64,000 bases of DNA from an uncultured Verrucomicrobiae bacterium (GCA_963765205.1 CAVXVB010000008.1:443049-507048); one strand, 5' to 3'. Positions 1 to 7,997 are shown, numbered from the stretch's first letter. A program made the numbers and translations. Notes: generated by a model not told the origin, from the sequence alone.

Positions 1-175
1 TGAAAATTAGGAACTCGGCGAATTCGCGGGGGTTTTGGAGGAGGCGCAAATTCGAACTGGGTTTGCCTTTGAAAACAAAATGGCAATGCGGCTCCAAAAA
101 CGCAGTGAGCCAAGCCACATCGCCAAGACGGGACTGGTTTTTTCTGAAGTGGTCGTAAAGCTCGAAATATTTCAC
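1..175 (-). CDS. Partial CDS running off the window edge, possibly a SAM-dependent methyltransferase
   Basis: Open frame from GTG at 175 to the edge (VKYFELYDHFRK...LLQNPREFAEFLIF), translated by hand; family assignment is only a guess. Confidence 0.3.
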   Translation of the reverse strand, partial: MKYFELYDHFRKNQSRLGDVAWLTAFLEPHCHFVFKGKPSSNLRLLQNPREFAEFLIF

Positions 176-445
176 GTGGGGGGGAAAAGATGGAAGACAG
201 GAGTCAGGTGATAGAAGCCGGACAGCGGGGCCGTGGGGGGTGTTGATAAAGTGGTTGGACTGGGTTGGATTTGGGCAAAAGGCGCTGAGGAGCCAAGGCA
301 CTTAGCCGCAGGTGATTTCCCCGACAATCAGAAGGCGTTTGCATTATTTTATTTAAATACAGCACATAATTTTTTCGGAATTATGCACTTCACAAAGGCC
401 ACGCTCTGACGGCCTAAGCTGGCCGATTCCCTGATTTTGGGGCGG

Positions 446-577
446 CTATTTCTTGCGGGCCTTGGCCTTCGCCGTCTTATACGGCGGGATGGCCTCTGGC
501 TTCACTTGCACGACCCGGCGCATCAGGTCTGCGAACCTGACGGGCGGATGGCGCAATTCTTGGGATTGCGGTTTCAT
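446..577 (-). CDS. Small basic protein (43 aa), IS passenger
   Basis: Hand translation MKPQSQELRHPPVRFADLMRRVVQVKPEAIPPYKTAKAKARKK*; below the ORF-track cutoff; divergent from the RHH gene. Confidence 0.5.
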   Translation of the reverse strand: MKPQSQELRHPPVRFADLMRRVVQVKPEAIPPYKTAKAKARKK

Positions 578-600
578 GGCTACGCTGTCAAATAGCACGG

Positions 601-831
601 ATGGGATATAAACGCAAGGGCGACAAAGGGGTATCCATTACCCTACCAGCAGAGCTTGTGGACTATATTGAAAAGCGAGCAAAGCGCATTAACGGGTCTA
701 AGTCATGGTATGTCGCGGAAATTATTCGCGCGTGGGTGGATGCTGGCGGGAAGCCAATCGGAAGGCTGGATGAGAAAATGCAAAATGACGAAGATGGGCT
801 TGGCAATCCACCGACTCAAAGTAAAAAGTGA
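601..831 (+). CDS. Ribbon-helix-helix (CopG/Arc-like) DNA-binding protein
   Basis: VSITLPAELVDYIEKRAKRINGSKSWYVAEIIRAW fits the RHH pattern. Confidence 0.75.
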   Translation: MGYKRKGDKGVSITLPAELVDYIEKRAKRINGSKSWYVAEIIRAWVDAGGKPIGRLDEKMQNDEDGLGNPPTQSKK

Positions 832-974
832 TATAAAGCTGGAGCTACCGGAGCTTATGAAGCTACTGAAGTAATTTAAGTTACCGGAGCTAGTTCGGGA
901 TAATCGTGAAACCGTCTTGTCATTCGGTAACGTTCCCGTATTTTCTCACTATGCCCGATGATAGACTATAAGTA

Positions 975-1595
975 ATGACGAAGCTCGACCTCGAAACGGC
1001 GGAGCAGCTTTTGGCATTGAGGTTGAGGCGGTATGATGAATTGAAAGTGGAAATTGCAAATGTGACTTCTCAAATTCAATCCTTAGTTGATGACATCGGT
1101 GCCGTTAAGTTAGAGCAGGCCAATCAACAAAATCTTGATGGCGGAACGCCTGCTAAAATTGAGCGTCCTGAAATCAAGACACCGGCCAATGATGCCGACA
1201 TTCGAGGGCGTGAAAAATACGGGGCGGCGCGCAAGGCAATAATTGTCCTTTTGCGCGAACAGGGGCCGCGTTTAATAACAACGGAAAAAATGCAGGCGGA
1301 ATTAAAAATTCCACCTTCTACATTATATCGAAACCTTACTGATTTGCAGGCGGATGGAGTTATTTCCAAAATTGGAAACGCATGGTGTTTTAGCGCAATG
1401 ATAAGTTCGTCCCCTTCCAGCTATCAGGCATACATAAATGAGCTTACAAATCAAGGCTTCATCGCAAACGTAGATTTAACTGCATCACCCCCGGCAACCA
1501 TTCCCTATACTTCCCCGAAACCCCCTAAGGCTCGGGGGCCTAACATTTCCAACAAATTTAATATGCCTCCACAAAACGGCGCGGCAACCGGGTGA
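975..1595 (+). CDS. Coiled-coil plus winged-helix protein
   Basis: N-terminal heptad helix; AELKIPPSTLYRNLTDLQADGVISK is wHTH-like; TTGTCA-16-TATTTT promoter candidate at 917-944. Confidence 0.65.
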   Translation: MTKLDLETAEQLLALRLRRYDELKVEIANVTSQIQSLVDDIGAVKLEQANQQNLDGGTPAKIERPEIKTPANDADIRGREKYGAARKAIIVLLREQGPRLITTEKMQAELKIPPSTLYRNLTDLQADGVISKIGNAWCFSAMISSSPSSYQAYINELTNQGFIANVDLTASPPATIPYTSPKPPKARGPNISNKFNMPPQNGAATG

Positions 1596-1627
1596 TCCCC
1601 ACTTAAGCGCGCCTCTGCAAAGAAATA

Positions 1628-1720
1628 ACCCCCTAACTCTGGCCCAACTTCGCGGGCGGAACCAGAAAGGGGGTCGGTAATCCCGAGGGGCCAGATTGCT
1701 CTGGCCGCTCGTTCTTTTCC
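1628..1720 (+). ncRNA. Structured leader upstream of the tRNA-like gene (two hairpins, second terminator-like)
   Basis: ACCCCCT(1628-34)/AGGGGGT(1668-74) with TCTGG/CCAGA inner stem; CGAG-G-GGCCAGA-ttgc-TCTGGCC-G-CTCG (1684-1711) followed by TTCTTTT. Confidence 0.45.
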
Positions 1721-1725
1721 AATTA

Positions 1726-1813
1726 GCCTATGTGGTGTAACTGGCAGCCACGTCCGCCTTGGGGGCGGTTGCCTGTGTGAGCAGGCGTGTGGGTTCGACC
1801 CCCACCATAGGCA
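1726..1813 (+). tRNA. Class II tRNA: Leu-type body with anticodon UGG (Pro); no encoded CCA
   Basis: Acceptor GCCTATG/CATAGGC; D arm GTG-TAACTGGCAGC-CAC; anticodon arm TCCGC-CTTGGGG-GCGGT; V arm GCCTGT-GTGA-GCAGGC; T arm GTGGG-TTCGACC-CCCAC; discriminator A. Confidence 0.85.
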
Positions 1814-1870
1814 TTTTTTATAGGATGACAAACAAAATTTTTAACCGAAAACTTGAACGAAAATAAATTT

Positions 1871-2317
1871 ATGAAACTGGAGATTTTTACCCTTTGCGAT
1901 GAAGCGCATGAAGCAAATGGAAAGCTCTATATCAATGGGGCATTCCAAAATCTTTTTTCGGCTGGCTTCCCATGTGTCCATCCAAGATTTTGTGTGGTCG
2001 CCCGCCTTAGATTTATTCCGATAGAGATTGGAGACCACGCCATCCAAGTTACATTCAAAAATGAAGACGGCAAAGATGTGCTATCTATCCCCGTAATTGA
2101 ACAGAAGTTTTCGGTTCAAATACCCGAAGATAAAACCTCCATTGCCCTTCACTGCATAATTCTTATTAACGCAACACAATTAGGGGCACCTGGAGAATAC
2201 ATGGTGGGTTTAGCCGTTGACCGTTTGGCCCAAGCAGAGCTTCCGTTGTATGTGTCTCAAATGCCCCCGCAAGCGCAATCGCCGGAGCCGCCTTCTGTTC
2301 ACGACGGGCCGCATTAG
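1871..2317 (+). CDS. DUF6941-like beta-sandwich protein
   Basis: MKLEIFTLCDEAHEANGKLYINGAF N-terminus and PGEY near the C-terminus resemble DUF6941; the ORF track starts at 1853. Confidence 0.6.
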   Translation: MKLEIFTLCDEAHEANGKLYINGAFQNLFSAGFPCVHPRFCVVARLRFIPIEIGDHAIQVTFKNEDGKDVLSIPVIEQKFSVQIPEDKTSIALHCIILINATQLGAPGEYMVGLAVDRLAQAELPLYVSQMPPQAQSPEPPSVHDGPH

Positions 2318-2384
2318 CCCTTTTTTGCTCTTCAAATTGGGAGGTTTGGCTCATGGCAAAAATTTATCATAACCCATATTTTTG

Positions 2385-3353
2385 TCAACCCCCTATCGTA
2401 ACTGAGGCGCAGGCTGGCTCCTTATACCGCAACCGCTTGCCTTCGATGTTTTGGAGTCCGGCAATCGTGCGCGCGCCGTCAGTCAACTTGCGGGTGTTAT
2501 AGCGATGATCGAACTCTGCGAGGTAGAGCGGCAAATGCTTGAGGGAAACATGATGGAAGGTGCCGACGATACCGCGCTTGAGCAGGCTGAAAAAGCCCTC
2601 CACAGTGTTTGTGTGAACGTCACCCCGGACATACTCCCCGGCAGAGTGATTGACCCGCGCGTGCTTAAAGCCCTTGGCCGCGCGTGGGTAGGGCCGGAAT
2701 TGGTCGGTATAGACCTTTGCGCCCTCCGCCACGTTGGCCTGAATAACCGCTTTGAGGTTGTTCCCGGTGACGCACGCCATGACGCGCGAGCGGGCCTTCC
2801 CGTCGCGCTGGACAAGCGAAACGACCGGAACCTTGTTGCCAGTGTAACGACGCCCCATGCCCTTTGTTTTGCCGCCAACGTAGGTTTCGTCAATTTCCAC
2901 GGTGCCGTCAAACTTCTGCCCGTCTAGCACTGGGTCTTTGAGCGCGTGGCGGATACGGTGAGCCATAAACAGGGCCGTGCGATAGCTGCCAAGGCCCAAC
3001 ACCCGTTGCAATTCCAACGCGGCAACGCCCTTCTTGGCCGACGCGAACAGATACCAGCCGATAAACCACTTGGACAGCGGGATATGGCTGTCCTCGAAAA
3101 CCGTGCCGACGGTGACGGTGAACTGCTTGTTGCACGCGCCGCACTGAATCAGGCCGGGGCGAACCTTCTTGGCCGGGTTCGCGGCAATGCGCCATAGGCT
3201 GTCCTGCTTGGCGTTGCGGCAATGGGGGCAAACCGGGCCGCTGGGCCACCGGATGGCCTCTAGGTAGGCGCGGGCCTTGTCCTCACTGTCGAAGTGCTGC
3301 ATGATTTCCGGCAGCGTGAGCGTCTCTGGGACTGGATTGAGTTGCTTATTCAT
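2385..3353 (-). CDS. IS1595-family (ISXO2-like) DDE transposase
   Basis: Zn ribbon CPHC..CGAC; VEIDETYVGG, YTD and HTNTVEGFFSLLKRG motifs. Confidence 0.95.
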   Translation of the reverse strand: MNKQLNPVPETLTLPEIMQHFDSEDKARAYLEAIRWPSGPVCPHCRNAKQDSLWRIAANPAKKVRPGLIQCGACNKQFTVTVGTVFEDSHIPLSKWFIGWYLFASAKKGVAALELQRVLGLGSYRTALFMAHRIRHALKDPVLDGQKFDGTVEIDETYVGGKTKGMGRRYTGNKVPVVSLVQRDGKARSRVMACVTGNNLKAVIQANVAEGAKVYTDQFRPYPRAAKGFKHARVNHSAGEYVRGDVHTNTVEGFFSLLKRGIVGTFHHVSLKHLPLYLAEFDHRYNTRKLTDGARTIAGLQNIEGKRLRYKEPACASVTIGG

Positions 3354-3359
3354 GCCCTC

Positions 3360-3387
3360 AATATAGCATAGTTCAAACCTTTGTCAA
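3360..3387 (-). promoter_or_regulatory. Sigma70 promoter for the transposase, -35 inside the IR, probably leaderless
   Basis: TTGACA-16 nt-TATATT with extended -10 TG, 6 nt before ATG 3353. Confidence 0.65.
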
Positions 3388-3655
3388 GTGCATAATTCCG
3401 AATTTTTTGGGCGGCAAGGAATGTTTTGATTTTATTCTCGAAGCGCATATACATAATATACCTCTTTGTGTTCAACTAGGGATCCATCATGAAGGTGAAC
3501 GGCTGAAGCAAAAAAATTTAATTTTTAAGAAATTTGATAAAAGGCTCCGCAAAACTGTTGGAGAACCGCATAAATATAAATCGATTATAGAAATGCAGTA
3601 CGTCAGACCAATAAAGTCAAAGGATTCGCCATAAGCACTTTTGCCCTAAAGTGAA

Positions 3656-5752
3656 TCACTGAGGTAGCTTTTTACCGTCACGTAGATTTCTATACCATGT
3701 AAGCGCCAAGAGGGGCCAAGCCCATTGGTAGGAAGTATATTTCAAATAAAAAATTCTCGGAAAGCCCGTTCCGGTAAACCATGGATAATGCCAGGAGCCG
3801 TCGGGGTGTTGGGTTTCTAACAGGTATTGGATGCCGCGTTCAATTGAAGGGCGGTCTAGTTTCGAGTTGGGGTCGGAGTCGGTAGTGGACGCGGCGCAAG
3901 CAAGTAAACCCAGCAAGGCCCAAGCCGTTTGGGAGGCGGTGGAGGGGTGGTGTAAGTTTTTAGTTTCTAGTTTTTGGTTTTTAGTTTCGGATTGGTCGGC
4001 AGCTTTTTCCATTTTCCATTTTCCATCTTCTATTATTTCCCCGTAACTCGGCAGTTCGCCGGTGGGGCCGGTGGGGGTTACTTGGAAAAACGGGGCGCCA
4101 GCGCCGCGGGTTTGGGGGTCGTGGTAGGTCCAGCAGGATTCGCCCCAGCCGCCGTCGGGGTTTTGCATTTTCTCCAGCCAGTCGCGGGCGCGCAGGACGC
4201 GGGGTTGGGTCATGTCTTCGCCGATGAGGGCGAGGCCGCGCAGGACGTGCGAGGTGCCGTAAATATAATTGACGCCCCAGCGGCCGAACCAGGAGCCGTC
4301 GGGTTCCTGGGTGCGCCAGACGAAGTCGAGGGCGCGCTGGACGAGGGGGTCGGCGCGGGAGTGGCCGGTTTTGGCGAGGGTTTCGAGGGCGCGGCCGGTG
4401 ATGTCGCTGCAGGGGGGGTCGAGGATGGCGTTGTGGTCGGCGAAGGGTACTTGTTCGAGCCAAGGGGTGGTGAGGTCGCGGTCGAAGGCGGCGAATCCGC
4501 CTTCCTTACATTGGAAGGCGCGGCACCAGGCCATGGCGCGCTGGAGGGCGGCGGCGCGGCGGGGTTCGTCGGTGGCGCGGAGGACGCGGAGGGCGAGGAC
4601 GACTTGGAAGGTGTCGTCCACGTCGGGGTAATACTCGTTGTTGAATTCGAAGGCCCAGCCGGCGGCGGTGGGGAAGGAGACGGTTTCGGCCCAGTCGCCT
4701 TTGATTTTGATTTCTCGGTCGAGGAGCCAGTCGGCGGTTTTTTGGAGGCGGGGGTCGGCGGCGGGGACGCCGGAGTCGGCGAGGCATTGGGCGATGATGG
4801 CGGTGTCCCAAACGGGGGAATAACAGGGGGCGACGCGGAGGTCGCCGGGGTCGCCGCGGACAAGGCCGTCGAAGTCGCGGGTTTCCTTGGCGAAGAGGGG
4901 GTGGTCTTTGAGGCCGAGGAGTTCGAGGGCGATGAGGGTGTTCAACATGCCGGGGAAGATGGCGCCCATGCCGTCGGAGCCGTCGCCGAGGCGGGCGAGC
5001 ATCCAGTCGCGCGCGGCGTCGAGGGCGCGCTGGCGGAGGAGGTCGGCGGGGAGGTGGTTGAGGACGCGGCCAAGCTGGTCGAGGGCGAGGAAGAGGTTGC
5101 GCCAGGAAAAGAATTCGTCGGAGCGGGGCAGTGACCAATCGCCGTGTTGGGTGCCACCGGGGTAAAGTTCGTCGAGCGAGGGGCAGGCGGGGAGGATGCG
5201 GACGGGTTTGTAATGGTTGATGACGGTGAGGGGGACGACGAGGTTGCGCGTCCAGGAACTCATTTTATAGATATGGAAGGGGGCCGAGGTGGGCAGGAGC
5301 ATCATTTCGGCGGGGATGAGCGGGCAGTATTGCCACGGGAAGAGGCCGCACATGGCGAGGTAGAGTTTGCCGAAGGTGTGGAGTTTGGGGATGCCGCCGA
5401 GGGCGAGGGCGCGTTCGCGGGCGCGGAGGAATTGGGGCGCGGTTGGCTCCATGCCGGTGAGGCGGAGGGCGTGGTAGCCTTTGATGGTGGCGGCGATTTC
5501 GGCGGGGCCGCCGGGGAACTGGGGCCAGCCGCCGTCGGGGAGCTGGCGGGCGAGGATGTGGGCGCGGCAGCGTTCGTTCTGGGCTTTCCCGGGCTGGCCG
5601 GCCCAGTGGTAATAGAGGACGAAGTCGGAGACGACGGTGCTGTCCACAATCAACTCGCACTCCCAAAAACCGCGGGGGTCGAAGCGGGAGAAGAGGTAGT
5701 CTTGGGCGCGGGCGATGGCGTCGCTGACGTTGATGCAGGCGGGAGCGGACAT
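3656..5752 (-). CDS. shc: Squalene-hopene cyclase
   Basis: YYPDVDDT (DXDD), QW repeats (QLPDGGW, QEPDGSWFGRWGVNY, QNPDGGWGE), TGTGFPR; carries an insertion of about 50 aa. Confidence 0.95.
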   Translation of the reverse strand: MSAPACINVSDAIARAQDYLFSRFDPRGFWECELIVDSTVVSDFVLYYHWAGQPGKAQNERCRAHILARQLPDGGWPQFPGGPAEIAATIKGYHALRLTGMEPTAPQFLRARERALALGGIPKLHTFGKLYLAMCGLFPWQYCPLIPAEMMLLPTSAPFHIYKMSSWTRNLVVPLTVINHYKPVRILPACPSLDELYPGGTQHGDWSLPRSDEFFSWRNLFLALDQLGRVLNHLPADLLRQRALDAARDWMLARLGDGSDGMGAIFPGMLNTLIALELLGLKDHPLFAKETRDFDGLVRGDPGDLRVAPCYSPVWDTAIIAQCLADSGVPAADPRLQKTADWLLDREIKIKGDWAETVSFPTAAGWAFEFNNEYYPDVDDTFQVVLALRVLRATDEPRRAAALQRAMAWCRAFQCKEGGFAAFDRDLTTPWLEQVPFADHNAILDPPCSDITGRALETLAKTGHSRADPLVQRALDFVWRTQEPDGSWFGRWGVNYIYGTSHVLRGLALIGEDMTQPRVLRARDWLEKMQNPDGGWGESCWTYHDPQTRGAGAPFFQVTPTGPTGELPSYGEIIEDGKWKMEKAADQSETKNQKLETKNLHHPSTASQTAWALLGLLACAASTTDSDPNSKLDRPSIERGIQYLLETQHPDGSWHYPWFTGTGFPRIFYLKYTSYQWAWPLLALTWYRNLRDGKKLPQ

Positions 5753-5789
5753 GGGCAAAGTGGGGAATTTGGCGGAATCGCGCGGTGCC

Positions 5790-5975
5790 TTCAACATCCA
5801 ATCCCGCAATCGCGGGAAACATCCAACATTCAACATCGAATGCCGGAAACCAAGCGCTTAACGTCCGAGATCAAACAGGCAACGCTCAACGTTTAACGCT
5901 TAACGCTCAAGTCAAAGCCGGTTATTTTGCCTTTCATTGGATGTTCGATGTTGGGAGTTCGATGTTGGATGTTCT
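5790..5975. repeat. Heptamer (TYCAACA/TCGAACA-type) palindromic repeat element
   Basis: catccaacattcaacatcgaa ... ttggatgttcgatgttgggagttcgatgttggatgtt between shc and hpnG. Confidence 0.7.
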
Positions 5976-6010
5976 TAAGATACGTGGTTCAATCTTCGGC
6001 AATTCTCGCC

Positions 6011-6898
6011 ATGATTCTGATCCTGATACCAAGCCATTTTGAGGCGGAGCCGTTTCTCAAGGGGATTGCCGGAGCGCGAAAGTCGCACCATGGCGGGGCG
6101 GATATCACGCGAGGAAAGATTGGCGAAATGGACGTGACAGTCGGGGTGATTGGGATGGGTTTGCCACACGCAAAGTTAAGAGCGAAGGCGGTGGTGGAGT
6201 ATTGCAGAATGGAAGATGGAAAATGGAAAAAGGAAAAAGAGGGCGAAGGGCGAAGGGCGAAGGGCGAAGGGGAACGGGGAAGAAGAATGGAAAATGGAAA
6301 ATGGAAAATGGAAGAAATCGGAGGCCAACCGGAAACCCTCCTTCGCCAAGGCTACGGAGGGCAGGCTCGAAACGCGAAACCCGAAACTGTTCGCGGGATT
6401 ATTCTGGCGGGATTTGCGGGGGCGCTTGAGCCGGGATTGAAGCGGGGCGATATTTTTATAACGGCGGGGACGGAGTATTTGCTGCCGCATTTGCCGGAGG
6501 GGGAGCGGCCGCGCGCGGCCAAGCTGGCGACGGTGAACGATATCGCGGGGCCGGCGGCAAAAAGGGAATTGTTCGAGCGCGATGGCGCGCGGTTGTGCGA
6601 CATGGAGCAGGCGCACATCGAGGCGGTGGCGCGTGACTTCGGCCTGCCGCTCATCGGCATCCGCATCGTGAGCGACGAGGTGGACGAGGACCTGCCGGTC
6701 GAGACGCTGAGTCGCTACTACGACCAGGCGACGGGGACTTACACGCCGTGGAAACTGGCCGGGCACCTGATCCGGCATCCTTCTAAGATCGGGCCGCTGG
6801 CTGCGTTTGTTCGGCCTTTGTCGCCGATTCGCAACCACATGAGTGACTGCCTCCACACATGGCTGCGCCAGGCGGGGCCGCAGTTGTTTCACTCTTAA
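6011..6898 (+). CDS. hpnG: Hopanoid-associated nucleoside phosphorylase (HpnG-like)
   Basis: IGMG, IILAGFAGAL, DME and IRIVSD motifs of the PNP/MTA family; lies between shc and hpnH; repeat-derived insertion of about 60 aa. Confidence 0.75.
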   Translation: MILILIPSHFEAEPFLKGIAGARKSHHGGADITRGKIGEMDVTVGVIGMGLPHAKLRAKAVVEYCRMEDGKWKKEKEGEGRRAKGEGERGRRMENGKWKMEEIGGQPETLLRQGYGGQARNAKPETVRGIILAGFAGALEPGLKRGDIFITAGTEYLLPHLPEGERPRAAKLATVNDIAGPAAKRELFERDGARLCDMEQAHIEAVARDFGLPLIGIRIVSDEVDEDLPVETLSRYYDQATGTYTPWKLAGHLIRHPSKIGPLAAFVRPLSPIRNHMSDCLHTWLRQAGPQLFHS

Positions 6899-7997
6899 CT
6901 GGGGACGTCGTGAGCGACGCCCCTACAGTAGCGCGGGCTTTGGGCGCGACGGCGCGGGCCATGGGGGGGATCGCGTCGCCCTCGGCGTCGGGGTTGAAAA
7001 AATACTTGGCGGTGCGGGCGAGGCCGCCGACGGAGCCGAACATGTCGTTGACGGCGCTGGCTTCGTAGCCGCAGTGGACCATGCAGTCCTTGCAGCGTTC
7101 GTCCCAGCCTTTTTGGCCATAGCGGGCCCAGTCGGTGGTTTCGATGAGTTCCTTGAAGGTGGTGGCGAAGCCGTCGCCAAGGAGGTAGCAGGGCTTTTGC
7201 CAGCCGAAGACGTTGTAGGTGGGGTTGCCCCAAGGGGTGCAATCGTAGTCAATTTTGCCCTGCAAAAAGGCGAGGAAGTTGGACGAGTGGTTGAAACGCC
7301 AGGTTTTTTTCGCGGAGCCGAGGATTTGCTTGAAGAGGGTCTTGGTGCGGCTGCGTTCGAGGAAGATTTCCTGCTCGGGGGCCTTGGCATAGGGGTAGCC
7401 GGGGGAGATCATCATGCTCTCGACGCCGAGGTCCATCATGTCGTCGAAGAAGCGGCGGACGCGGTCGGGGTTGGCGTTGTTGAAGACGGTGGTGTTGGTG
7501 GTGACGCGGAAACCGCGGGCGACAGCTTTGCGGATGGCGGCTTCGGCGATGTCGAAGGTGCCGTCGCGGCAGACGGATTTGTCGTGCTCTTCCTTCAGCC
7601 CGTCCATGTGGATGGAGAAAGTGAGTTGTTTGTGCGGCGTGAAGGAGTCGAGCTTGCGTTCGAGTAGAAGGGCGTTCGTGCAGAGGTAAATATAGCGACC
7701 TTGCTTGATGAGGCCGTCCACGATGGCGTTGATTTCGGGGTGGATGAGGGGTTCGCCACCGGCGATGCTGACGACGGGCGCGCCGCATTCCTCAGCGGCG
7801 GCGAGGGCTTGCTCGGCGGAGACGCGCTTTTTGAGGATGTGCTCGGGGTATTGAATTTTTCCGCAGCCTTCGCATTCGAGATTACAACGGAAGAGGGGCT
7901 CGAGCATGAGCACGAGCGGGTAGCGCTTGACGCCCCGGAGCTTTTGCCCGAGGACATACGACATCACTTTGAAGGCTTGGGAGACGGGAACGGCCAT
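6783..7997 (-). CDS. hpnH: Adenosyl-hopene transferase, radical SAM
   Basis: LEPLFRCNLECEGCGK (CxxxCxxC), CTPWGNPTYNVFGWQKPCYL, CKDCMVHCGYE; the 3' end overlaps hpnG and is uncertain. Confidence 0.95.
   Translation of the reverse strand: MAVPVSQAFKVMSYVLGQKLRGVKRYPLVLMLEPLFRCNLECEGCGKIQYPEHILKKRVSAEQALAAAEECGAPVVSIAGGEPLIHPEINAIVDGLIKQGRYIYLCTNALLLERKLDSFTPHKQLTFSIHMDGLKEEHDKSVCRDGTFDIAEAAIRKAVARGFRVTTNTTVFNNANPDRVRRFFDDMMDLGVESMMISPGYPYAKAPEQEIFLERSRTKTLFKQILGSAKKTWRFNHSSNFLAFLQGKIDYDCTPWGNPTYNVFGWQKPCYLLGDGFATTFKELIETTDWARYGQKGWDERCKDCMVHCGYEASAVNDMFGSVGGLARTAKYFFNPDAEGDAIPPMARAVAPKARATVGASLTTSPVKSETTAAPPGAAMCGGSHSCGCESATKAEQTQPAARS

Larger units (their letters stand above)
376..3400 (-). 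mobile_element. IS1595-family transporter IS (3,025 bp) with passenger genes
   Basis: IR 376-398 CGGAATTATGCACTTCACAAAGG vs reverse complement of 3378-3400 CGGAATTATGCACTTGACAAAGG (22/23); identical 8-bp flanks AATTTTTT at 368-375 and 3401-3408; IS1595 transposase inside. Confidence 0.95.

Noticed and set aside
1628..1674. Twister or HDV-like ribozyme upstream of the tRNA
   Set aside because: CCUAACUCUG resembles the twister 5' side, but I could not place the conserved GA or the pseudoknots, and no HDV P1 partner exists; left as an unclassified structure
1726..1813. Selenocysteine tRNA or 8/4 or 9/3 allo-tRNA
   Set aside because: The fold is canonical 7/5 and the anticodon is not UCA
3407..3634. 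75-aa ORF beside the IS end
   Set aside because: TTG start, AT-rich, no motif; cannot support it as a gene
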